Shown here: positions 19,264 through 27,100 of the stretch, piece after piece
Position numbering within the stretch: position 1 is the first letter of the stretch
How the letters are laid out: each line of letters opens with the position of its first letter
Virus record (IMG/VR): IMGVR_UViG_2821731843_000002
Reading direction: 5' to 3' (one strand)
Origin: a virus
Lineage: Duplodnaviria > Caudoviricetes
DNA: 64,000 nucleotides
Program-made: the position numbers and the translations under genes
Notes under the pieces: model-generated
Told to the model about the DNA's origin: nothing
What the model saw: only the letters and a program-made list of their open reading frames with translations
Database searches by the model: none

Positions 19264-19695
19264 TTAGCGGGTAGGGGAGGGGGCTTGGGCGGCCTTGCGA
19301 TTGCCGACAAGACGGTTCCAGAGCGCAGTGAACCTAGTGCGATCTTTTGGTCGTGTACGCGCCAGTTTTTCCCGCTCAACAGCCTTCTGGAACTGATCGC
19401 GGTTGACGAGGAAACGCTGGCAGTTGGCAAGCGTTCGGTCGTTCAATAATGCTGTGGCCCAGGCGGCCACCTTTTCCTGTGCCAGGCATTCTGCCTCGAC
19501 CGTATCGTCGAGATCGTGGGCAATACTCTCTGCGGATGCAGACCCGGCTTTCACTGAGGCCAGTTGCTCTGTCAGATCCGCTCTGAGGGCCGCGAGGCGT
19601 GTGTGCCTGGCAACGGCTTCTATCAAGCCGGATAGGCGTTCTGGCGCTGTCATTGGCGCTGTCGCCATGGCCTGACATTGGTGTTCAAAAGTCAT
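19264..19695 (-). CDS. Hypothetical early protein
   Basis: 3-prime part of ORF 19264-20073; ATG 19695 with AGGAG RBS, coupled to upstream stop. Confidence 0.5.
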   Translation of the reverse strand: MTFEHQCQAMATAPMTAPERLSGLIEAVARHTRLAALRADLTEQLASVKAGSASAESIAHDLDDTVEAECLAQEKVAAWATALLNDRTLANCQRFLVNRDQFQKAVEREKLARTRPKDRTRFTALWNRLVGNRKAAQAPSPTR

Positions 19696-19973
19696 CGAAA
19701 AATGTCTCCTGCTAAAAGTCCAATAATGAGTGTTATGAAAAGTGAGGCTGCGCCGAGGATCTCGCCGAGCCAGAAAAGGGCGGTGCCAAACCAAGCGCGT
19801 CGGCCCCAGCGTCTCTGCAGTAATGTGCAATGGCTGGGGCCCGTCTCCGCGAGTGTTGGGCAAGAATACAAAGCCCCCAGTGGCGCATCCCCATGGCCAC
19901 CGGGAGAGTTGTCCAACCGGGCCCGAGCAGGAGCGTGGTTGGATTGGGAGTGAGTGTGAAAGGCATTTAGCAT
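19692..19973 (-). CDS. Small putative membrane protein
   Basis: C-terminal hydrophobic helix; overlaps both neighbours in operon style. Confidence 0.4.
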   Translation of the reverse strand: MLNAFHTHSQSNHAPARARLDNSPGGHGDAPLGALYSCPTLAETGPSHCTLLQRRWGRRAWFGTALFWLGEILGAASLFITLIIGLLAGDIFR

Positions 19974-20329
19974 TGGGCAGCACTCCTGGCGCTACGTTGG
20001 CTAGGTCGCCGACCAAGAGAGAGCGCCACTCGTTGGCGCTTGGGGCCGTGAAGCTCTTCAACATAGCCGCCATTCGACTTTAGGTGCGGCAGTACGTCGT
20101 GCTCTGGGGCGTCTACTTGATACCCAAGCGTGTGCAGGACGAGGCGAATAACTAACACAGATGGGTTTGCATCTTTGCCTTTGGCATCTTTGTCGTTTGC
20201 AAGGCGCCTTAAGTGCCTGCCAGTTATCCCACAGGACCGACCGAGCTCCTCATATGAAAGCTTTCCGAGCCCTTTGTTCTGGGCAGCGACTTCTTCACGT
20301 AAGAAGGCCGCGAATTGTTGTCCGCTCAT
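19967..20329 (-). CDS. Cro/Ner-like HTH regulator
   Basis: LSYEELGRSCGITGRHLRRL HTH; divergent from repressor. Confidence 0.65.
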   Translation of the reverse strand: MSGQQFAAFLREEVAAQNKGLGKLSYEELGRSCGITGRHLRRLANDKDAKGKDANPSVLVIRLVLHTLGYQVDAPEHDVLPHLKSNGGYVEELHGPKRQRVALSLGRRPSQRSARSAAQC

Positions 20330-20377
20330 TTGAGGCATCTTTGGGTCCGCTATCTTCGGTTTGATATGTCTGAACGT

Positions 20378-20393
20378 TAGAAGTAAACTTCTA
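20378..20393. promoter_or_regulatory. Candidate repressor operator TAGAAGT-AA-ACTTCTA
   Basis: Perfect 7-bp inverted repeat between divergent cro-like and repressor genes; extra half-site ACTTCTA at 20430-20436. Confidence 0.55.
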
Positions 20394-20498
20394 TCAGTTC
20401 AACCCTAAAAGTCTCAATTTACGACAGATACTTCTATTTCGCCGTAAGCCGCACAACGCTTTCGGACTTATATTTCCGTTTGCAGGAATTATTATTCC

Positions 20499-20858
20499 AT
20501 GTATGTTGAGGCCATGATTGGTGCACTCGATAAAAAACAACCCACTAAAAATGGGGAGGTGGAGCTCTGGAGAAAGCGCCTGCGTCAGGCGTTGGAAGTT
20601 CGGGGTTTGGATTTTGACGAAGTGTCTGAAGCTGCTGATTGTAATCGGGAATATGTATCAAAAATGCTTGCGGGTCGGTTTAATCCGACTGTCGCGCGGC
20701 TGATGAGAATTTGTGACGCCGGAAAGATAGATATGGCGTATCTGTTTTCTGAAGAGCCGAGCGAAGAGGAGCGTAATGTTCTTGAAAAGGCTGCAAACTT
20801 GTCCAAGGACGATGCTGAGCTAGTCAGCCGGCTCATTAAGAGCGCCAGATCGAATTAA
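20499..20858 (+). CDS. Prophage repressor candidate, XRE-family HTH, no S24 peptidase domain
   Basis: EVSEAADCNREYVSKMLAGRFNPTVARL HTH; divergent from early operon; only 119 aa. Confidence 0.75.
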   Translation: MYVEAMIGALDKKQPTKNGEVELWRKRLRQALEVRGLDFDEVSEAADCNREYVSKMLAGRFNPTVARLMRICDAGKIDMAYLFSEEPSEEERNVLEKAANLSKDDAELVSRLIKSARSN

Positions 20859-20981
20859 TTCGACCTTCCTAATGGCTTCTTTGAATATTTCTGTGCCTAA
20901 ACGTGGCGACTCCCGGTTGGCCTTGATTACCTGGTTCATGATTTTTTCTAAAATGTCTGCCGTCACTTGATGCTGTTTCAT
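20820..20981 (-). CDS. 53-aa helical protein divergent from luxR and convergent on the repressor
   Basis: ATG 20981 with AGGT upstream; coding status unproven. Confidence 0.45.
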   Translation of the reverse strand: MKQHQVTADILEKIMNQVIKANRESPRLGTEIFKEAIRKVELIRSGALNEPAD

Positions 20982-21000
20982 AATTCGACCTAATATTGGC

Positions 21001-21016
21001 TTATCACTTGTGATAA
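21001..21016. promoter_or_regulatory. Palindrome TTATCAC-TT-GTGATAA between small ORF and luxR
   Basis: Perfect 7-bp arms in the 88-bp divergent intergenic region. Confidence 0.45.
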
Positions 21017-21069
21017 TCGTATAAAGCGATAGTATCGAGAGCATTACATATCAAACGTGTGTGTCCAAT

Positions 21070-21693
21070 ATGAAAAGTGATATAAAAAGTTTTCTATTCA
21101 GAACTCTGGAAGAACTGTCAGACGGCGGTTATTCAGTGGGTGTTGGTTTCCAAGGAGTGGAACCGCATTTCGTCAAGTCGACCTATTCGTCAGATTGGGT
21201 TGAACGATACATCGAACAAAACTTCATTAAACAAGACCCAACAATTCAGTTTGGTCTATCCAGGTCAGCCTACGCTACTTGGGAAGACCTAGAGAAATTG
21301 TACCCAGATTCGAAAGGCTTTTTCGCTGAGGCAAGGGCGTTTGGTTTGCTACGGGGCAATACCCTATCAGTATGTGTTAGAGGGCAAGTTTCAATTCTCA
21401 GTTGCTCTGGGGCACACTGGGACGATGCTGTATTGCGTACCGCAAGTGCGGCCCTTTACGGCTTGGCAGTATTGGTTGCGGACGTAGACACCAACAAATA
21501 TGACCCGTTGTCTCCTCGCGAGAAGGAAGTTCTCAACCTCATGACTACCGGGTCGAAGGACCAAGAGATTGCGAACATCTTGAAAATTAAAGTTGAAACT
21601 GTCCGCGCTCGAAGACGAAGCGCCTTCCTGGCAACCAACACGACTACGATTGGCCAACTTATGTCAGAAGTGATAAAAAAGGACCTCATTTAG
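21070..21693 (+). CDS. luxR: LuxR-family AHL receptor (autoinducer-binding domain plus HTH)
   Basis: Conserved W/Y (DWVERY), DP (QDPT), W and G of the AHL pocket; LSPREKEVL...G...EIA HTH. Confidence 0.88.
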   Translation: MKSDIKSFLFRTLEELSDGGYSVGVGFQGVEPHFVKSTYSSDWVERYIEQNFIKQDPTIQFGLSRSAYATWEDLEKLYPDSKGFFAEARAFGLLRGNTLSVCVRGQVSILSCSGAHWDDAVLRTASAALYGLAVLVADVDTNKYDPLSPREKEVLNLMTTGSKDQEIANILKIKVETVRARRRSAFLATNTTTIGQLMSEVIKKDLI

Positions 21694-21754
21694 GAGTTCT
21701 TTGTTTCCAAAAGAGTGATGGTCCACAAAATGGCGCTGCAAGTTGGAGAGCGCC

Positions 21755-22438
21755 ATGCGATTACACACATTTTCATTTCTAGATCAATATCATCACGGTT
21801 CCATTTTTTCTGATTATCTCGCTTTGAGATATAGGGCATTGGTCAGAAAATTAGGCTGGGACCTGTCACATGATGGATCGGTGGAAATGGATCAGTATGA
21901 TCATCCAGGTGCAGTATTCTCGGTCGTTACTTATCAGGGCAAAGTGATCGGTGGAGCGCGTGCATTGCCGTGTAGCGCTTCATGGGGAGGTTGGTCCTAT
22001 ATGCTGAAAGATGCATCATTGGGTAAGCTTGGACGAATACCAAATGATCTATTGTCCGAGTATCCCAACGCTGGCCATACGTGGGAAGGTACTCGCCTGG
22101 TAATGGACGAGACAGTTGAGTCGGCACAGGTCCGCCTGATGGCAATACGGTTGGTTGTGTTTGGGCTCTGCAAGTTGGCCAGTAAAGGTGGTGCTGAAAC
22201 AATAATCTCTTTGTCTCCTTCACCATTTGGCCGGTTGTTGGGGGTTATGGGGTATACAGCAGTGCCAATTGGTCGGGAATACATCGGCGAGGAAGACAGT
22301 CTATCATACCGCGCCTTTTCAATGCCGTGCAATCCGCTGATAAATGCGGATGTATGCGCAGGGCTCGAAGTTATATCTGCTCGGTCTGAACAGCTCTTTA
22401 TCCCTGGAGGAGAGGTCACCTACCTGCAGAGAGTTTGA
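21755..22438 (+). CDS. luxI: LuxI-family acyl-homoserine lactone synthase
   Basis: LRY..LV..LGW, EMDQYD, GGARALP, YML, WEGTR motifs; the conserved F of RxxxF is L here; GGAG RBS before ATG 21755. Confidence 0.85.
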   Translation: MRLHTFSFLDQYHHGSIFSDYLALRYRALVRKLGWDLSHDGSVEMDQYDHPGAVFSVVTYQGKVIGGARALPCSASWGGWSYMLKDASLGKLGRIPNDLLSEYPNAGHTWEGTRLVMDETVESAQVRLMAIRLVVFGLCKLASKGGAETIISLSPSPFGRLLGVMGYTAVPIGREYIGEEDSLSYRAFSMPCNPLINADVCAGLEVISARSEQLFIPGGEVTYLQRV

Positions 22439-22455
22439 AACGGTACTCTCCCATA

Positions 22456-22562
22456 AATGTCGAGAGCGGCCCTGACCTGCCGTTTGTGCCATATCCGTCT
22501 AACGGCAGTTCCCAGCCCATAGCAGTCATTGTTTTTCGGCACATCGGGCGGACGCCGCCGTT
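22456..22562. repeat. Cluster of three degenerate ~30-bp palindromes
   Basis: 22456-22484 AATGTCGA...CTGCCGTT; 22501-22530 AACGGCAG...CAGTCATT; ~22533-22562 ending CCGCCGTT. Confidence 0.6.
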
Positions 22563-22729
22563 CGCTGCAAGTGCAGTGTTTTTTGGACAGCGCCGCAGAA
22601 GCAGCCACTCACACTATTTTTTTTGGAGCACGTGAAAGCAGCTCTCTTTGCAAGAACTTCAATCGCTTTCCTGAAAGCTTTAGCTTTAAGGCATTTTTCC
22701 GTGTTGCCTTAATCTAGATGATTTGCGAA

Positions 22730-24439
22730 TTAATCTTCTGAGAGTGGATTAACTTTGAAGCGTCTTTCATCCGGCGAATTCCCTGTTTCGTTTGAGTAAG
22801 TTTTTATGAACTCACGCGTATCTCCGTCGTATGTAATGCTACCATGCAGACAGACGCTTGCAACCTTGGGGCTTTTCACTCTCATTCTCTCAAAATGTCT
22901 TCGTGTCCAATCAAGCACGGCTAGTCTGAGGGGGTTTTCTTGTTTGCCATAATTCTTATGCCGTTGATCATTCAGACCCAGAACGTTGAGGCAGAATCCT
23001 AAGTAGCTAGCGCCTTTGAAGTTGTAGAATTCATCCATTCGGCGAATTTCTTGGTAGATTAACCTTGCTACCCTACGATGTATCCATTTGCTGGTTTTGC
23101 TTTCGTTGAAATGAAAAAGCCGACTCCAAACTGTGTTGTGAGTGACGCTCCAACAAATATCGACGGGCTTTCGCACTTGAGATGCTTTGAAGATCAGATC
23201 AAATATGAGGTCCGCGAGGCGTTCATGGAAGCCGTTATTAAATGTGTCTTCTGGTTTGAGTGAAGACCAGATCTCGACGTCCTTGTCGTCAAGAAGTTTC
23301 ATTAGTGCACGCAAAAAATCCACAAGTACAATGAGTCTGGCGTGTTCGTCACGCTGGTAGTATCGACTGTCATCGTCGTTAAGGTTGTAAAGATCGTGGA
23401 CCATGCTTTTACAGTTTTCCAAGATTTGGTTCACAGCGAAGCTATCCATGCCATCTAAGCCGTGTGGCGACTCTCCCAACAGGCGCTCAATGTATAGGAG
23501 GCTGACGCGCGTATAAGCTTTCCAATTTTCCGCATCCCATTCGTCACGAATATTGTAGCGTGGGTCCAATGGTGAACTGTGTCTATTTGACAGTGACCGG
23601 ATCAGCTTGGGGTTGGCGAAAATTGCGGAGCTGTAGAGCTGGACGTAACCGGACCAACCGGAATCCCAACCACTATCTTCATGGAATATGGGGGAAGTTT
23701 TGCAGCTCAGAAATTCAACGGAGACATTTTGTGCAAATGTATGAAATGAAATTCCCGCCTTATCCTGTGCTGAGACTTCATTAAAAATTGCCTCTGCTGT
23801 GTTTGGTGCAAAGCACGCCATTTCTGCACATACCCTACGATTTGCAAGCAACAACAAAAAATCATGAGCGATTTGTTCGGTTCGGCTCAAATTCCACGGC
23901 GTTCCTTTCTCATTTGGGGGAACCGGTGCAAACTTAATCAAGCTATGTGCCGAGCGTGCTAATTCATGCAGCGCAATCCTTAGCTCTGTGTCACCTTCAT
24001 GGTGAGTCGCTCGTTGGTAGAACCAAAAGAACCGGCGGCTGTTCCAACGTGAAAACTTCGGGGGGCGGATATATGAGACGAATACCCAATAGAGTATTGC
24101 TAATACGCAGGGTGCGAGCAGGAAAGAGTCAATTACAAGGCGGTCGTCCATCACAGGCAACAACGGCCAGCCGTTGTAGAACCACACCTCAGCTAGCAAT
24201 TTCAGTACAAAAACTGCCACGAAGAGCCAGAAGCTAAGTTGATAGACAGGTATTGGAGCGAGTGAGAGTCGCAATTTGTTTCTATAGTCCGATATGGTGT
24301 ATATCACCAAAAGTAACGCAAGCGCAGATAGATAATCTGAAACGCCAAAAAGTGACTCTGAACCAGATGATCCGGCGGCAACCCAGCATACCTCAAACTC
24401 GTAGTATGCGTCCTTTAAAATCTCTTTGCAGGTCTGCAA
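22730..24439 (-). CDS. AT-rich hypothetical protein with ~3 N-terminal TM segments and large soluble domain
   Basis: 569-aa ORF; true start uncertain; no motif recognised. Confidence 0.7.
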   Translation of the reverse strand: MQTCKEILKDAYYEFEVCWVAAGSSGSESLFGVSDYLSALALLLVIYTISDYRNKLRLSLAPIPVYQLSFWLFVAVFVLKLLAEVWFYNGWPLLPVMDDRLVIDSFLLAPCVLAILYWVFVSYIRPPKFSRWNSRRFFWFYQRATHHEGDTELRIALHELARSAHSLIKFAPVPPNEKGTPWNLSRTEQIAHDFLLLLANRRVCAEMACFAPNTAEAIFNEVSAQDKAGISFHTFAQNVSVEFLSCKTSPIFHEDSGWDSGWSGYVQLYSSAIFANPKLIRSLSNRHSSPLDPRYNIRDEWDAENWKAYTRVSLLYIERLLGESPHGLDGMDSFAVNQILENCKSMVHDLYNLNDDDSRYYQRDEHARLIVLVDFLRALMKLLDDKDVEIWSSLKPEDTFNNGFHERLADLIFDLIFKASQVRKPVDICWSVTHNTVWSRLFHFNESKTSKWIHRRVARLIYQEIRRMDEFYNFKGASYLGFCLNVLGLNDQRHKNYGKQENPLRLAVLDWTRRHFERMRVKSPKVASVCLHGSITYDGDTREFIKTYSNETGNSPDERRFKVNPLSED

Positions 24440-24616
24440 TAGCCAACCCCTAATTGCTTACAATGATCATCTGGCACAATAACCTATGTTTCTTCTGCAC
24501 GACATGACATTTGTAGTGTTCCGTTGTTACGGGTCTCGTACTTAAACAATGATGTTGCGCGATGGGCGAATGGCTAGTCTTGTGAAGTTTCACCGCAGCA
24601 TCAGATCGGTCAGCAA

Positions 24617-24707
24617 AAGGTAAGTATGAACCGTCCGCTCGACTTTGCAAAGTGCTCTATCTGCGCATAGCTGTCCTTGGAGCCGATGGCAGCGAATGGC
24701 CGCATAA
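24617..24707. repeat. Cluster of three degenerate ~30-bp palindromes, last one truncated
   Basis: 24617-24646, 24649-24678 (AAAGTGCTCTATCTGCGCATAGCTGTCCTT), 24685-24707 (GATGGCAG...GCATAA, cut off). Confidence 0.6.
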
Positions 24708-24847
24708 TGTTATGGTTCCCCCTAATATCGCTTTCTAGTTCCAGCATTAGAAATGGCGTACTAAATTTCCCTACCGCCATGATTTAAAACAACCTTTCTA
24801 TATCTAGAAAGTCGTCACCGAACAAAAAAGGCGACTTTCTAGTTCCA
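24708..24847 (-). other. Candidate right end (attR) of prophage B with repeated transposase-binding motifs
   Basis: Starts TG; CTTTCTAGTTCCA at 24731-24743 and 24835-24847; inverted CTAGAAAGTCG at 24804-24814; partial CTTTCTA at 24794-24800. Confidence 0.5.
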
Positions 24848-25148
24848 AGGTGCAAAAGTCGCTGTAATTATGAGCGTTTGAAGTATCGGAGAAGGGCACT
24901 AGCCTTATTATTATGGCGCTCTGGGACGCTGGTGGAATTTGCAGAGTTTGGTGTCCCAATATCGGCCTATTGGCGTTTAAAGCCTGTTTTGAGCCTTTTT
25001 GAAAGACACGCGTCCAATCTGCCCTGGTCACGCTCGGTTGCCTCAAACGCCCTTGTTTTTAAGACTCTATCCGGCTTCTTCCGCCATCTTCCGGGCTCTT
25101 CCGGTTACTGCAATAACAAGTGTCCAACAACAAGCGCTGAGACATCTT

Positions 25149-25436
25149 CTAAAAGCCGCTGTTCGTCTCTGGCCGCAAGGGCAATCCATCGGGCACCGGC
25201 ACGTCGTGGGCCACTAACCACTCTCGGATAGCAGTCCAGCGATCCTGGATCATTGGTAGGCACCGATATTCATCCAACCGCCCAACCTCACGCAACAGGG
25301 CAGCTTCCCATTGGAGTTTGAACTCTAGCCGGTGAGACTTAGCCCAGCTTTGGAACGCGGCGCGCCAGGCGTCGTGGTCCGCTGCCTCTAGGGTCTCGTA
25401 CAAGTCATAAGGGATAGTTCGGGGCCAGTCGGGCAT
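25149..25436 (-). CDS. Hypothetical Trp-rich small protein near phage end
   Basis: 95 aa, plausible composition. Confidence 0.55.
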   Translation of the reverse strand: MPDWPRTIPYDLYETLEAADHDAWRAAFQSWAKSHRLEFKLQWEAALLREVGRLDEYRCLPMIQDRWTAIREWLVAHDVPVPDGLPLRPETNSGF

Positions 25437-25653
25437 GTTGTCCTCTCAGGGTTGGATAACAGATGTGTCGCAGTTGGCAGGAACGCAAGGCCCAGAAGAT
25501 TTCGCTTGGGCGCAATTGGTGCCAGGCGTATTGGAACGAGATAGTTGCAATGACCGAGCAGGCGGCGGCGAAAACCGATTAGAAAGCCACCGCGAAGAAG
25601 TTCTTAAACAGTCTTTGAAAGGCCTGTAGGACAGAGTCCGCCTGACTTAAGTG

Positions 25654-26361
25654 TTACCGAGGTCCATCGATCCATAGCCAGCTGAGATTTTCATATTTTA
25701 TCCATTCGCTGTTGAAGTAAGCCACATCGACGACGATGCAGATCAGACCAATGGGCAGAATGATTTCGAAGAGTAAATAACCTACAAATGCTGGATAACC
25801 GATCAAATTGTGAAATAGTTGCCGCGCCAACTTCCAATACATGTATTTGGAATATGAGAGAATTTGCAGCCTCGCCTCTTCCATGACGCGAATAGCTTCA
25901 GACATCCTTTCATCCTGCGACAAAGTGCTGTTCTCATCTTGGAAAATGTCATGAATACTCTCAGACACTTCTACTACTTGATCGTTCGGTTGATAGTAAG
26001 GTTCCTTAAATTTAGCCATCTTGCGTACAGTGAATTTGCAAGCTGGTACTTTCAATATGTTGATGACGTTCGAATTTAGTGACATCACATCAGTCAACTT
26101 GTGAGCGCTTCCGATCCAGTTCTTTTGCCAAGTCATGAAGAAGACATCTGAAATCAGGTTTATTGCGTACCGAACAAACAGCAAAGCAGTTACCCAAAAC
26201 AGGGTTGTGGTGACATACTCTGGCTTGAGCTTGATGTTGACCGCTGTTTCGGCCATTGGGGCCAAATCAATATCAAATATGTATATTGATAAGAATGCTG
26301 TCGCTGATACGAAAAATGATGTTTGGCGTTTCAGAGTCAGCGTACTCAGTGGTTTTTCCAT
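25654..26361 (-). CDS. AT-rich membrane protein (moron)
   Basis: 235 aa, two N-terminal and one or two C-terminal hydrophobic segments; GAGG RBS. Confidence 0.65.
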   Translation of the reverse strand: MEKPLSTLTLKRQTSFFVSATAFLSIYIFDIDLAPMAETAVNIKLKPEYVTTTLFWVTALLFVRYAINLISDVFFMTWQKNWIGSAHKLTDVMSLNSNVINILKVPACKFTVRKMAKFKEPYYQPNDQVVEVSESIHDIFQDENSTLSQDERMSEAIRVMEEARLQILSYSKYMYWKLARQLFHNLIGYPAFVGYLLFEIILPIGLICIVVDVAYFNSEWIKYENLSWLWIDGPR

Positions 26362-26476
26362 CGGTTCCTCAATTTCATATTGGCTAAGTTGACTAGTGGC
26401 CTGCTGGCTTCAGAAAAACACAGAATAGAAAAACTTAATTTGCGCTGAATCTCCAGGCACACTTTAAACGCAAGTG

Positions 26477-26498
26477 GAACGGGGTTTAAACCCCGTTC
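26477..26498. repeat. Perfect 22-bp palindrome GAACGGGGTTTAAACCCCGTTC downstream of formyltransferase
   Basis: Self-complementary; no U-tract on the minus-strand side, so terminator role uncertain. Confidence 0.6.
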
Positions 26499-26542
26499 AA
26501 AAGCTCCTTTTTCAACGCTTCAAACGCACTTGCCCTAGGGCG

Positions 26543-27100
26543 TCACCGTGCCAATGCTTGCACGGCTTCTGCCAATAGATCTGCCCCCATTGGTGCCAGC
26601 GCCCGCCTCCACAGCCCCATCGCCGTTTCACCGGGCAGGATCTGCACTTGGTCCTGGAGCCTTCGCCCGTTGGCAATGACCGCCGGTCCGCCGTCAATTG
26701 CATCCGTCAGCCAGTAGACGGTGCCGCCGGTAAACCGCGCGTCGTCTGCCAGGCAATCGCGGATGGCGTTACGGCCCTTGTAGGCGGGGAGAATAGACGG
26801 GTGGTAGCCGATAGCCCCCAGCCGGGCCCATTCAATGAACCAGCCCGGCACAATGCGGAAGGAGTGGGCAGATATAACCAGATCCGGACGCCAGGGCAGA
26901 TCAGCCGACAACAGGGGCAGGGCGCGCGGCTTGACCGTGCACGGCAGCTCCAGGTCCTTGGCGGCGCGGGCAGCCAGACGGTCCTCAGGCTCAGTTATCA
27001 ACGCTGTTGCAACTCCTTCGGCATCAAGGCGTCGCAGGGTCTCGGCAGCAAGCCAGGAACAGCCAATCACGGCCACGCGGAACTGATTGTTACTCGACAT
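26543..27100 (-). CDS. Formyltransferase-family protein (N-domain only)
   Basis: YHPSILPAYKG, GGTVYW, DAIDGGP; catalytic His and Asp present; no Fmt C-terminal tRNA-binding domain. Confidence 0.85.
   Translation of the reverse strand: MSSNNQFRVAVIGCSWLAAETLRRLDAEGVATALITEPEDRLAARAAKDLELPCTVKPRALPLLSADLPWRPDLVISAHSFRIVPGWFIEWARLGAIGYHPSILPAYKGRNAIRDCLADDARFTGGTVYWLTDAIDGGPAVIANGRRLQDQVQILPGETAMGLWRRALAPMGADLLAEAVQALAR

Larger units (their letters stand above)
1..22440 (-). mobile_element. Mu-like transposable prophage A (tail end lies left of window; left/immunity-end boundary uncertain, between ~20.9 and 24.7 kb)
   Basis: Mu gene order: repressor, cro-like, ParB, MuA, MuB, DUF3164, GemA, Mor-like, lysis, terminase, portal, gpF, gpI, gpT, gp36, gp37. 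Confidence 0.9.

Noticed and set aside
19696-20073. 5-prime half of the 269-aa ORF 19264-20073
   Set aside because: Overlaps two other ORFs; a better start with RBS lies at 19695
22495-22540. Canonical integron attC site
   Set aside because: GTCTAAC fits RYYYAAC, but there is no matching GTTRRRY at attC distance, the units are too short and no intI is present; kept only as an analogy
20859-24700. Left end (attL) of prophage A
   Set aside because: Searched by eye for CTTTCTAG/CTAGAAAG motifs and a terminal CA context; nothing convincing, so the boundary is left open
22456-24707. CRISPR array interpretation of the ~30-bp repeats
   Set aside because: Units are highly degenerate, irregularly spaced, in clusters of two or three, with no unique spacers of constant length and no cas genes
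24697-24724. dif/Xer site (GGCCGCATAA-TGTTAT resembles the XerC arm)
   Set aside because: No XerD arm (TTATGTTAAAT-like) at the required 6-bp spacing
24450-25231. Short ORFs 24450-24650, 24804-25046, 24878-25231, 24999-25217
   Set aside because: They run across repeat clusters and the candidate phage end, with no RBS or motif support
26543-27100. True methionyl-tRNA formyltransferase (fmt) serving the phage tRNA-fMet
   Set aside because: Lacks the Fmt C-terminal domain, has YHPS rather than NVH, lies in the other prophage and is coupled to the ABC-GNAT gene; a link cannot be excluded but is unsupported
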